Shown: piece by piece, positions 15,238 to 28,300 of the stretch | How positions within the stretch are numbered: the stretch's first letter is position 1 | Layout: each line of letters begins with the position of its first letter | From: Trichoplax sp. H2 | Lineage: Eukaryota | Reading direction: 5' to 3' | DNA: 64,000 nt | NCBI GenBank assembly: GCA_003344405.1 | Contig: NOWV01000010.1 | Location: 1-64,000 of the forward strand | Notes under the pieces: generated by a model | Seen by the model: only the letters and a program-made list of their open reading frames with translations | Told to the model about the DNA's origin: nothing | The model's database searches: none | Program-made: the position numbers and the translations under genes

Positions 15238-16741
15238 ACATTTAATTGAATTGAAATTCTAACTAGTAGTTGCTTAATATTGAATATTTCTCTAAAATCT
15301 AGAAATAAGATACAGGGACATATCGGTATGCTGCATCTTTCAAGATCGTTATATCCTGTTCTTTAACATTAAGTATACTATCTTTTACCTCTACGATTTA
15401 CACGCTTGCAATAAATTAGTATACTATGTACCATTTACTACGATTGAAGCCTACTCAAACGAGTATAGAGACATAGTAATTCTATATACTTGCCATATCT
15501 GCGCGATCATTTGTAGAATTATAGACGATAATGATTAATTATAATATAAATATACTGTTATGCTTAGTTCTACAGCAGTGCTTTCTATGTATATTAGATT
15601 CCCAAAGTATAACATTATTGATTTCTCTTCATCTCTCAGTTGCTGGGGCTATGGTAGTAGTTTGCGTTGTTCANNNNNNNNNNNNNNNNNNNNCATTTAA
15701 TTGAATTGAAATTCTAACTAGTAGTTGCTTAATATTGAATATTTCTCTAAAATCTAGAAATAAGATACAGGGACATATCGGTATGCTGCATCTTTCAAGA
15801 TCGTTATATCCTGTTCTTTAATATTAAGTATACTATCTTTTACCTCTACGATTTACACGCTTGCAATAAATTAGTATACTATGTACCGTTTACTACGATT
15901 GAAGCCTACTCAAACGAGTATAGAGACATAGTTTATAGTCTTTCTAATTAGATAAGAGATAGAGAAGACCTGGACCCCCGCGAAAAATAATAACAAAAAA
16001 CATCATAAAAGTAAATAAAAATGAAACACTAAAAATCGGATAGATACGCCGCGCGAGCGCAAAGTATATTCTTTGCGCTCGCGCGGCGTATCTATCCGAT
16101 TTTTAGTGTTTCATTTTTATTTACTTTTATGATGTTTTTTGTTATTATTTCTCGCGGGGGTCCAGGTCTTCTCTATCTGATAAGCATACCAATCATCGCG
16201 TCCAATTCTATATACTTGCCATATGTGCGCGATCATTTGTAGAACTATAGACGATAATGATTAATTATAATATAAATATACTGTTATGCTTAGTTCTACA
16301 GCAGTGCTTTCTATGTATATTAGATTCCCAAAGTATAACATTATTGATTTCTCTTCATCTCTCAGTTGCTGGGGCTATGGTAGTAGTTTGCGTTGTTCAN
16401 NNNNNNNNNNNNNNNNNNNTACACGCTTGCAATAAATTAGTATACTATGTACCATTTACTACGATTGAAGCCTACTCAAACGAGTATAGAGACATAGTTT
16501 ATAGTCTTTCTAATTAGATAAGAGATAGAGAAAATCATCGCGTCCAATTCTATATACTTGCCATATCTGCGCGATCATTTGTAGAATTATAGACGATAAT
16601 GATTAATTATAATATAAATATACTGTTATGCTTAGTTCTACAGCAGTGCTTTCTATGTATATTAGATTCCCAAAGTATAACATTATTGATTTCTCTTCAT
16701 CTCTCAGTTGCTGGGGCTATGGTAGTAGTTTGCGTTGTTCA
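15238..16741. repeat. Three near-identical copies of one ~0.3-0.7 kb segment separated by two 20-N gaps (likely misassembly of one locus)
   Basis: catttaattgaattgaaattct... restarts right after the first gap (15694) and matches 15238 onward; the third copy restarts at tacacgcttgc (16420); copies 1 and 2 both end at ...gcgttgttca immediately before a gap. Confidence 0.9.
15957..16178. mobile_element. 222-bp fold-back (palindromic) element with AG...CT termini and flanking 6-bp direct repeat GATAAG; putative non-autonomous Polinton/Maverick-type or MITE element
   Basis: The left arm AGATAGAGAAGACCTGGACCCCCGCG...GCGCGAGCGCAAAG is the reverse complement of the right arm, with 2 mismatched pairs seen; centre at 16067/16068; GATAAG at 15951-15956 and 16179-16184. 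The family assignment is inference. Confidence 0.7.
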
Positions 16742-17764
16742 GTTATTCTGACGTTACTTTACCGCAGGGTTACACACTAGCCTGTTGTACTTTCTCTTTC
16801 TAACATGATACTTGCTCTTCATTAGAGAATATCCTTCTACTTCTTATATACAACACCACGTGTGATCCTGATATCAAACCTAGATTTAGCTAGTATTTTG
16901 AATTCACTGTTACACATAGCAAACAGTATACAGTTATATATAATTCATTAAATATAATATATATATATATATATATGTATTTTTAGTAAATTAATTCAGT
17001 TAATTTTACTGTTATATACTGTATGTAATGTACTTATATTAAATAGCAAATTTTAGGTAAATTACAGTATTTAAAATATCAAAGAATTATTTTCTAAGCG
17101 ATATTAATACAACTTAAAAGGTAAACTGCTATTCACTACCGTTTACTTTTGCTCAATGTGTACACCGACCATGATGTAAAGAAATACACGTAGATCTAAT
17201 GGCAATGCTGAAGATTATTCGCTAAAATTTAAAAACAAGTATTATCAACTTTATTATTAGTTAGCAGTTAAAACCGTAGATTTTAGAGCTAATAATTTTA
17301 GAGCAATTTAATAACTTTGGGTACAATTTTCAAGGTTCTTAAATACTAGAGTTTGAGTTTTTTTCAAACTTTTTACCTAAACAAAGTATAAAATCTGTCC
17401 CAACTTAAAATGATTACATAATCTGGTGGATGAAAAGTTAAACTACCATAGAGTATATTCTCTTTATAAATTTATATTACGGCGATGTCGAAAGTTTATA
17501 AATATTAAATCATATATTATTTATGTCACTGTTATAATCACCGATGGATTTTAATCTAGAGTATGCGCTGACTGATATAATAAACATGTAACTATTCTGT
17601 TATTACTGAACAAGAAAAATGATAAAGAATACTTTTCTTAGTCATAGCCATACAGAAGATGCAAATGTAATTTATCGAGTCGGCATATTCACATGGAAGT
17701 TAAATCAGTAGATGTAAGTATACTGTTATAGTACAAAACAGTAAGTATACGTGCTTAGGTAGCC

Positions 17765-20700
17765 CTATACAGTACTTTCATATGTTTTATATGTATCATA
17801 TCTACAAGAAAAAATCTGTGGGTAATCTTCTGATGAGCGACCACTAAATGTTGATGTATCAAAGGCACTAATTGTTGACATTTGTAAGCATAATTCTTGT
17901 CCATAGCCAAGAGTTGAGGTACCTTCATCTTTGCCCTTTAATTGAGCTAGATGATGATTCTGACTGTTTCTTGAACTCATATTATCTAAATCTAGGGATA
18001 TCGTACTAGGCATGACGATCTTGTTCTTAAAGGAAGGAAGAACTTCATAAGTACTACCTGGAGTCTCATTTTCGGGCTTATTGTCATCAATATTGTTCAA
18101 TTCATCGTAATCAAAATCTTCATAGTATTCCGCTTGGCATGGTGCTGGGGGTAATGGACGCAATCCTTGATCTACCAATGGCTCTGGTATTGTCTGAGCG
18201 ATAGAATGATGTGCTTTTATGTCATAATAGATATCACTGTATTTTAGCATTAATTAACCTCTACTTAAATTAGTTTACATAAGTCGGAGTATTAATGCAC
18301 TACTTATAGTTTAGACTTACCGATTTATTTTTATAGAAACAACATCCAAGGAATATGTATTTAGATAATTTCATTCTGTTATGCAGTAAATACGAAATGT
18401 TACTTTACTATTTTGCTAACAGATTTGTAATGCCATCAGTATTAAAAAATTAGAAAGATCACAGCACAGTAAATGAATTATTAGCTGTACAGAACTGATA
18501 CTGTCTATCATAAAACGTAAGCATCGTAGGGAATGTATTCATTTATTTATGTAAATACTTCTATAGCATAGTAGAAACCTCAAAAAATTATCATTTCAGT
18601 ATTAAAACGATAGTTAGGTACTAATTTGTTTAGCTATTCTTGACTTATTTGAAAAGCATGTAAATACATGTTTGTAATGTTTTGCCGAAAATTAAATAAA
18701 CTAGCAGTGAATGCCCGTTACAGCAACAGGTCCCACTTATCATACAGTAATTACTTCACACGATGCTGTAGTAAACCTCGCTTATGAGCTAGTATTGTAT
18801 CATAGTACTGTAGTTAACTGTACTGTACCTGTAGTCTAATATACCACACCCTACAGAACATAATTGTTAATAGTAAGGTACTTTGATCAATAGAGTCATA
18901 TTGGAGATAATTATAGTAGTATTTGACTTCATTTGCTTGCATTGAAGGTTTAAAATAGCACGATTAGAATATAGACGATTAAATGTTATAAAAATTGACA
19001 GTTTCGCGAACCCTACTACATTTTCAGAGTGTGTATAATTTGTCATTAAATTATGTTCACCTGTTTTTTCTTTCCATGACTTGATAGATTTTAACGCTTA
19101 CTAGTAATATTACTACGGATAAAACGAGGACAACTGCCACGATGACAACATTGATATCTATCATATTTGGTTGCTGGTCTGGCGTTCCTATAAAATAACG
19201 ACAAAGCGAAAGCAACTCTTTTGTAACATTATTTCAACAGCAAGCTATATTATTCTAGGCTTCTTACTACTCATTTTAGACATATATATATTATGGTAAA
19301 TAACGTGGAACTCTAAATTTGATGTTTTGTTAAACAAATTATAATCAAAAATTTGTCAAAAGTCCATGTTTAATGTTATCATTTCATAACTGTGCATAAA
19401 TTACTCTACGTTGCGTGTGCTCGTTGGAACAGATTGAAGTTCATCACTGCTAAATAATATTCATACACCTTCGCTACTTTATTTCTTTAAAGTAGCATGG
19501 AAGATTACGCCTTAAAAGTATTCTTACAACTTTCTAGTTTACTCTAAAAAAACAGCCAGAATATCAATTATGATGGTAATACGGTACCTGTCTGTGAATC
19601 TGTAGCACCATAATACCCATCTGTTATACCAAGAGTAGGTTCTATATCTGGCGGCTCTACTGTAAGAATCGACTCTGCTACAGAGCTATTGCCAACGGCG
19701 TTTGCCATTATAATTTGAACAAGATAAGGTTCTTCGACTGAGATATTAAAGAGAGAAAATTGCCTTAATGATCCATCATTGAAAGTATAGGACGTAATGA
19801 AGTCTGTATCTCTTTCAGTTATAGTAATATATGTTCTGGTTAAGTTGCCATTGGTTTGATTAATTGGAAACTGATAGAAAAAAGATTATTGAAATATTGC
19901 TATTAGGCTTATATGATTCAGTAATTTATCACATCGATGACTATTTCATTGTTTAATCTTTATAGAGATTTTTAATGCTATAGGATTGATTATTTTATAA
20001 ATATGGACTGTGCAAGAGGCGATTACCTCCCAATACAAATGACAATTGTATAAGATATTATATTCATCTTGTGGATTACAAAGAAAATGCAGCTTTAACG
20101 GTTTTCCTTCGGGTTCTGCATGAAATTAAAGCTCACAGTTTAGCATATAATAGAATTTAAGGCTTTATTAATAAAATTAATAATTATTTACAATACATCT
20201 CACTTTACCTGCTTCAGGAAAATAGACGTATTTCGATTTTGATAATGCACTTTGTTTTCCATTCTTACCAATAGCAGCTACATTAACTTGGTAATTTGCG
20301 CCGTATCTCATTTGCTTAGTTAATATAATGGATCTAGATTCGACTTCATTGACAGCTATACATTTTCGCTAATGAAGATAAAATGAAAATTTTTCTCAAA
20401 ATATATATTTCTGAGAAAAATTACACATTCTCGTTCTACGGCTTCTTTATTAGGGTCTATTTTACTTTCATAATATTATTAGTTTTCTAACTACTGTGTG
20501 ATTCTCGAAAATTTTTGGTAATATTTCGCTGTTTGATACTTTATGGACTCTTATTTATTCCAATAGTAGGAATTATGATAGTATGATACGACTGTGTGCT
20601 GAGTATAACACTAATATTATTGGAAATCTAATTTTCATAGCGTGGTGAACGGATTATACTAGTATTACACAAAAAGTATAGTGCAGTCCTACTCATGTCA

Positions 20701-22343
20701 TGTAGTAGTACATGTGTTATTATTGTTAATAGCCTAGATAATAATATCTGTTTAATTCCCAAATTCAGGTTGTATAAGCCGAACATTGTAATGAAAACTG
20801 AGTCCATTACAAATATAATGTACTGTATCATGTTTCAAGCGCTTTAGATGATCTTTAGATACATCAATTTACCTCTCGAACTTGCTCTATTATTGGATAA
20901 ATTTCTCGATAACAGACTCTATAACCAGCAATTAAAGCTTCATTTAGGGCATCAGTGTATGGATTATGCCATTCAATGTTCACAGAATGGGATTCACTAT
21001 CAGTTATAACTTTATTAATAACTGGAGATAAGGGTACAGCTATAGATTGACAATAAAAGAGCAAGAAAGAATTCTTTGAGAAATTACGTAGCAATTAATG
21101 CAATCTAAACGTACCCTCATTGCATTAATGAAATATTTGCTTGTCATTGTACAAATGAAATCAGTACTATATGTGAAATAAGAAACGGGAATAAATAGCT
21201 ATGAGGCTAATACAGTATATTTTAAAGTAATTATAGGAATGAATAAATTCATTTTTAGCTTCAGAGTTTTCATTTATCCAGATAGAATTTTAGCATACTA
21301 CATGCATTATAGTATGTTATATATTGTAATGTATAACATGCAATCAAATTTTTATTCACGCATTAAGAGAACAATCTCTGATAACATGAAATTAGTAAAC
21401 AATACCAAAATGCTACTGGCATGTACGCTCACCTTCTTTACTCGCATTCAGTCTTTTCGAGCATGCTTGCGTTTCTCCGTAGTAGTTACTGCCTATTACA
21501 CAAAACATTAGATCAGCATCAAAAACAGCTGATATCTTACATAGGGTTCCTTTTTGTAGACAGAAATGGATGCTTCTATTTGATGTCCTTTTCGGGAAAT
21601 ACGTAGTTCGCCGGATATCATAGCTGATTGTAAAGAAAGTATTTACGATATTCCACGTAATATAAACTTTCGATCCAAGAAATTTAACCTCCAAATTGTA
21701 AATGTATGGTGGACCTAATCGAAATTTTTGTTTAGTATTGCTATAAATATTTGTGCCATCGAAATAATAAACTCTAAATCCAATCTATGTTAGCTTTCAA
21801 TTTCATTAACAATGATCATGTAATTTTTACAAGTGATCATTATATTACTAGCGAGATTTACTCATAGAGATCTATCTGCGATACCGTATGTAACAAAATA
21901 ATTCTTATTAATTTAGTCAGATTACCAGCAGGAGCTTTTTAGAAATAACGAAGATCTCTATAAATTTTTCCAGTATTATGAAAAATGCACTGCTACGTTT
22001 ACTTTATTTATGCCTACTAGCTTACCTCGAACTACGAGCTGTACTAATTGCGTTTCAGCACGGATATTATTATTCTTATCCGTTGCCGTACAGTAGTAAT
22101 CACCAGCATCTTCACTAGCAATCTGATTGAAAAGTAATTGTGTGGTTATGTTGCTATGCTTATTTCCGGTATGATTTTTTACCGACACTGTATTCGGAGG
22201 ATAGCTCTTACGCCAATAAAGCTTGATAACTTTATCTGTTTCACTTGACCAATTATATACAGTACAGTTAAATACTGTTGAAGAATTAATATCTGTTTCA
22301 TAATGTCCAGAAGGCATAGTGGTTAAATAGATAGATGCTGTCA
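17765..22343 (-). CDS. Single-pass receptor A: Ig + 3 FN3-type domains + TM + tyrosine-rich tail (cytokine-receptor/gp130-like layout); signal-peptide exon not identified
   Basis: Exons: Ig 22343-22026 (FNC..LYW..DAGDYYC), 21714-21433, ~21039-20873, ~20368-20209, ~20116-20027, 19871-19588, TM 19187-19061 (VVIVAVVLVLSVVILLVSV), last exon 18236-17765; splice phases are compatible. Confidence 0.8.
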
Positions 22344-25300
22344 CTAAAAGGTAGATAATATATAAATTAGGTATCTTTTCTCTAAAAATATAAATTACTT
22401 TACATAAATGAAATATAAGATTAGCCGTTTATTAGAATTCCCATATTCTAGTTTTTATTTAGCTTATAAATCTATTTTTATTGTAAGATCAATGTATATA
22501 TATATATATACTAGTATATTCTGATTTAGCTGAATAAGAAAAATTTATGAATTATAAAGTGTTGGTTCCTTGTAAATGCTCGTACTTAGCTACTTAGTAA
22601 AATTTTATTTACCACTACGCGGTAGCGTTTCAGATTGATAATTAATAATATATAATGTATAAAACATAACCAGTTCTTTCATTGATTGTTAACTTACGTC
22701 TCCATTTGATTATATTAGTGCTAGATATAATGATAATAACTACTCGGTATTATAAAGTACTCGTGAAAGGTATATTGTATCATGATTATTATTAAATACT
22801 TGGATTGTAGTGAAAGTAACAGTGGAAATAGCCATATACTGCTCAAGTATAGCCGCTTACCTGGAAAACTTTACAAGTCTAGAAACTAAAACCGCTATGA
22901 TTTCGTACATTGCCAGTAGCTGACAATGATATTAAATATGTCATTAAATTACCGATTCTGCATAGTTTTTAGATCTAACATCATAAACTTATACGATTAA
23001 TATTCAGAGCCTTTGCTTAATATACTCAGAAGCGATATCTATAAACTTTTACGGTACAGAAATGCTCTATGTAGTCCTTATGTTATTCTAACATCTAATC
23101 TTATCCTTACTATTTTACTAGGATTTCTCACCTTACGGTATTTTTAACCGATGGAACTACTGTAATGCTCGAATTAAAATTAAATTTAATTTTTGATAAT
23201 AATATTTTTAACATACTGCCGATGGTAAATATTAATCAAAGCTAAAATACGTACTGATATTCTTAGTATATTTAATCTTTAAGACCCCCCTGTACATGAA
23301 AGAGGCAATAGAGGGCAAGTAAAATAGAAGGATTAAAAATATCTACGAGGATGTAGATGGACCTGCTTTATATTGTTCTATTGCCCACTAATATAGCCTC
23401 TGCTATGATAGTTCGAATTCGTAAACAAGAATACTTATAAAATCATATTAATTTCCAAAGCAATACACGGTATAATTCTTTGACGATAGATTAAGAATGG
23501 CTTTCCGTAGTATTAATCACTAAAATACTCTTAATAGATAATTTCGCTATTTTTGGCTAAGATTTTAATAGCCATTCATAGAAAACGAATAATACTGGCT
23601 GCCAATGTGATAGTTAACGATTACTTCTTTAATAAGATGACAGTGGATATGCAAAGCTTTGCGTAAAAATTAATACTAGATATTCATATTGCAATTCATA
23701 GAATCTTTAAACTTGATTAAGGTTAGCTTGATAAATACGTAATGGTTAAATTATTTAGGCGCTTAGATTAAAATGTATGGTTACTAAATTATAATAGAAG
23801 GTCATATTTTTTTAACATGAAATTTGATAATTCCTTCTAGTATGCTATCATAGTTAAGCTATTTAGGACAGATTTAACGCAGATGCCCAGCGGTTGAACA
23901 TTCTTAACCTTATCCTTTAATTTTAGTTTGTTTCTCTGTTATGCCGAACATATCATGTTTTTACTTTTCTTATGTTCTTTAGTCTATATAGTTAATTGAT
24001 AATATTGAATAAGTACCTGAACTAATCTTAATTCTTCTAAATAAAACATTAATATCTATACTGATACTACGAGTTTAAACATATAACTAGTATTTTGTCT
24101 ATTACAATCAATCGAAAAGAATATCTTAATAGTAACAAACAGCATTTTTATTGTCTTAGCTTCCAACAGTTATGGCAAACGTTAATATTCATCTTCAATT
24201 CGTATATCGATACGGTAATGTGACTAATATCAAGAAGAACTTTCTATTGATTAGAGGTGCCGTACACTTTACAACATAAGATAATTATATTCTGTATCAT
24301 AAAGATCATCGTTCAATGTCAGGGAAATTAAGTATGGTAATTAATTCTGATATTTTCATGTACTATATGAGTATGTGGGGAGCTTATTTGCCAATCGATA
24401 TTAATTCATGGCGATTATAGCTATAATTAGTTTGTATCCAGTGTGACGCATGAATTTCTATTATAACTTATTAGAAGAGCGAAAAAATGGCAGTAATCGT
24501 AAATTATTTAGCCAGCGAAAGGAAAGGCATTTTGATTAAAACGGGTTATTATACGTGTAATTCAGCACAAGATGCTTTATGTGTCGAGCTCTACAGATGA
24601 ATTTATTCGATAAATTCAAATATTATCTGCAGATGATAGTTCAAGATAAAAATAATAGGCAAAAGTTTTACATCATTTATAACTTAAAGTTTAAAAGAAG
24701 ACCCTTTTCCTTATATCTTATGCATAGATAAAGGTGAATGCGATGAGATTAGGAGGGCATAAGCCCAGACGGCAATAGTCAACAAAAGAGGATACGCGTA
24801 TCTGCCTATCAAAGAAGTTATTAATTATACTTTAGCCATGGAACAATATATAGACAATTATGAAATACAGTATACTACAGTAAATTGTATTGGATGTTGG
24901 TAATTAGAAGCACTAGTTATCTATAATCCATAACTTCGGGCGAATGATCAATTATTATTGATATTGCCTCCATTTTAACTTGTGTTATTTCCAGATTTTT
25001 AAAAGTGAGGTTTAAGTATGATGTTCTGAAACGTCAGTAACCTATTTTTAAATACCAAGCCTAGCTCTATTAACATCTAGGTTTACAATTTCTTTCTAGA
25101 TAAGGATATTTATCGATAACAATCAGTGTTCTAACAGAATGCTATAATATTACAATTTAAATCCTATGATAGCTGTGTTGATCATAATTACGGTTGCGAT
25201 ATATTAAAATTTTCTTCCTTTAATTATCGTCGTTTAGAATTTAATCAGTCCACATTAAGTAAGTTACATCCATATAGGAATGCTCGGATTATGGACTTTA

Positions 25301-28300
25301 AATATAGTTTAAGCACTTCTTGATGACGATTTTTCTTCATTGCCGTAATGAAAAATCGATGAAAACATAGGATCAAATTACACCGATCTCTGTTAGCTTA
25401 TGTTGCGGTTTCACATTTTTTTACCACAATTTGAGCGTATACTGTACTGTGCTCATACAGTATCGTTCAGTACGGTATTCTTATCATTTATTCTATATCT
25501 TGTAGAATAGTTTATCGGTCAAAAAACTAACTGTCCTTAGATCCATTAATTTTTCCCTCTATAGGTTTTGCCACTATCCTAATTCCAGGATTGTATCTTA
25601 CCTTGAATCTGAATGAACGTATTTATTCTATCCAAAAAATAAAGTATCTGAATGATATTTAGCCTTGAGGGCTATTGTTAGATATTCTTGGGTAGATATT
25701 ATTTCCTAAAATTAATTTATTAATAACATCATTAAGGAGTGATTCGAGCATAGCGTTGTTTTTGAACTTATGACTAGTTTGCATTATTTCATATGTTTGT
25801 AACTTTAATAGCTATTTGCATCATTGATGCTAGTGTCAAATTATGACTATCAGATGTAAGTAGATTAACAGATGGATTCACTTAATACATTTTGGCTATT
25901 GGTATATTTTCTTCGTAAATGAGAGATCTGACTTTTACTCAATCGCCAAATATTAGGCAATATTAATATCCATTCTTGGTCATTTCTCGATGACTATTTA
26001 ACATCTATGGTATTATTTTTTGGCATCATCATTTTATCTGATAGATTATTATGGCTGTAGAAGCTAATAAAACTAATTGCTGAAGATGGCTAACTTTACG
26101 GACACAAGATATTCTCTATTAGTACTACTTTTCATTTAATACAACCTACGAAGTTAGTACCTAGTAGTTGGTATTTAGGCATGAAAGAGTTGCAGTAATA
26201 CTTTTCATCAAAAACTCCAGTTGAAACGAAATAAAATCATCTCAGAAGTGTTGAATTCCAAGAAATAAACAGGCATAATGTTATCATCAGTCATCAATTA
26301 AATCGTGTTGTATCCTTTTATTATTTTCCCATTTATGGTAAACGAGCTTTAATACTCAGCAAATGATTTAATCGATAAGGACCATATGTTTGATAGCTAT
26401 TATTTTGACTGTGCTGTTACATTCTGACAATTATAATTCCGGGAGGTCTATCTAGTTATCGATGTTACCGCCAAATACAAAACTATTAATCTTTTAGTAT
26501 TTCTTACGTCTTTCTTGGACAGATGAAGTATTCATCATACTTTATCATATTAACAATCGATTGATTATCGTGGTTTCTTCAGTTTTTTCGATAAAAAAGT
26601 TATTTATTTAATGTAACGATTGAAAGTAACAATAGAAAGTCTAAATATATTGCGACAGAGTTAGAGAATCATCTTCTATTTTAAGATGAACAAACGAAAG
26701 ATATCATGAATTATTTGTATCTAGTATAGTGAATGATTTTATCAAGACTGCTATATCATCCCTCCAAAATCTATCTGTACTCTGATTGCCACCATAAAAA
26801 AATGTCTAACTGAAAATTAATTTTAGTAAATAAAAATCACCTAGAAACTATCGTATTATTCTAGAAATGATTATAAATTTGAAGGCAAATGGAATAGTTG
26901 TAATGTTATAAAAGTATACTCATATTCTATCAAAGGGGATGGTAATACCTAATTAAAATCTTAGCCTAATCTCTCGAGAAAGATTTTCCTTCACTACTAG
27001 CCAACTTTCATACATTAATGTTATTGGAGATATTATTTTAAATAGTTTTGTAGCAACATACTTGGCTTTAATAATGACACTAACCCAAATTTTGTCTGTA
27101 AATAATAATAAGGCTGTCACATTGTTAGTGCTTGAACGAAAGTGTAACGTATAACTGAAATAATAATCATACCTAAGATTTAAAAACAATCAATGTACTC
27201 CAGTTACTGAGCTTTGAAACATTTTTATATATTGAGATATTTTGTCAAATATCGAAGCATGTATGTGAAAATTGCATTGCAATATGGTAAGCCAATAGTA
27301 AAACAAATAAAATTAATCAATATAATGGTACGAAAAGATTGCGAATGTGGAACAAGAGATGATGAGTAACAATTATAATCGAAAGCCATACATCAATTTC
27401 AATTTTATCTGTGATATTTTCATTAAGAAATTATTTTTACCCGCCTGTAGCAGCATCTTGGTTGCCCAGATTAAACGATTATCTTAATTATTAGCAATAA
27501 TTTTATCTTTAATACGTACCAATGCTATATATCAACTTACCTATTTGTAGTAGAAAATAAATGTAGCAAAATGGTAAAGTATTCGTCCTCTTCATTTTCA
27601 ATGGTATATTATCAAATGACATAACTAGAAGAACTCTTATCTTAATTTATCAACAGTGAGATAAAAATGATTGAATGTGATTGAATAAATGAAGTACTGC
27701 GGTAAGAAAGCTGTATTAATCGATGATAAAATATCGATGCTAAATGACAGAAAAGTGGACTGTTACATCAAAAATATGATATTAACTATTTTGACCAATA
27801 TCGACAATGCGTTTTATAACAATGATTTTGACTAAGATTGACAGTAAATAAAATTTTGACGTAATAATAGCCAGTAAAACAATGGAATTGGTGAATTCAA
27901 TTGAATTTAAAGAAATTTTGCGTAGAGTAGAAGATCAAATTAAAACTCTTATATCGTTATATACTATCTTAGGGTAACTGAATTATCACGTGTGATATTT
28001 ATGTTAAATTGTTGATGACATGATGGAATCGCTATTGTTTAAGGTCCCTTTTTATCTTTAGATATCCTATTAAGTCAGTTAGTAGTTTTGTTGTTGACAA
28101 CTTTTTTGATCAAACGATGTAAATCAATTCTGTACATTTTTTGAAGGGTTTAGTTATACTCGCGAGAAAAACTATCGCTGACTCCTGGTGTTGAGTTAAT
28201 ACTAACGAAAGACAGTATATATATACAGTATAATAATTTGGCTATTAAAGTTCATAGAATAATTTTATATTACTTCATTTGATTAATTAGGCACTTTCTC

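Noticed and set aside
16257-16517. 86-aa hydrophobic ORF
   Set aside because: It spans an N-gap inside the duplicated segment and has no recognisable domain.
15238-16741. Genuine tandem array or CRISPR-like repeat
   Set aside because: Copies abut N-gaps, have no repeat-spacer structure and differ like haplotypes; the context is eukaryotic.
18321-18375. Possible extra cytoplasmic exon of receptor A (strong gtaag donor)
   Set aside because: The 55-nt length from the available acceptor breaks the frame; the flanking exons join in frame without it.
22698-22783. Candidate signal-peptide exon for receptor A
   Set aside because: The ATG frame hits TAG before the donor, and the phase-compatible frame has an upstream TAA with no ATG.
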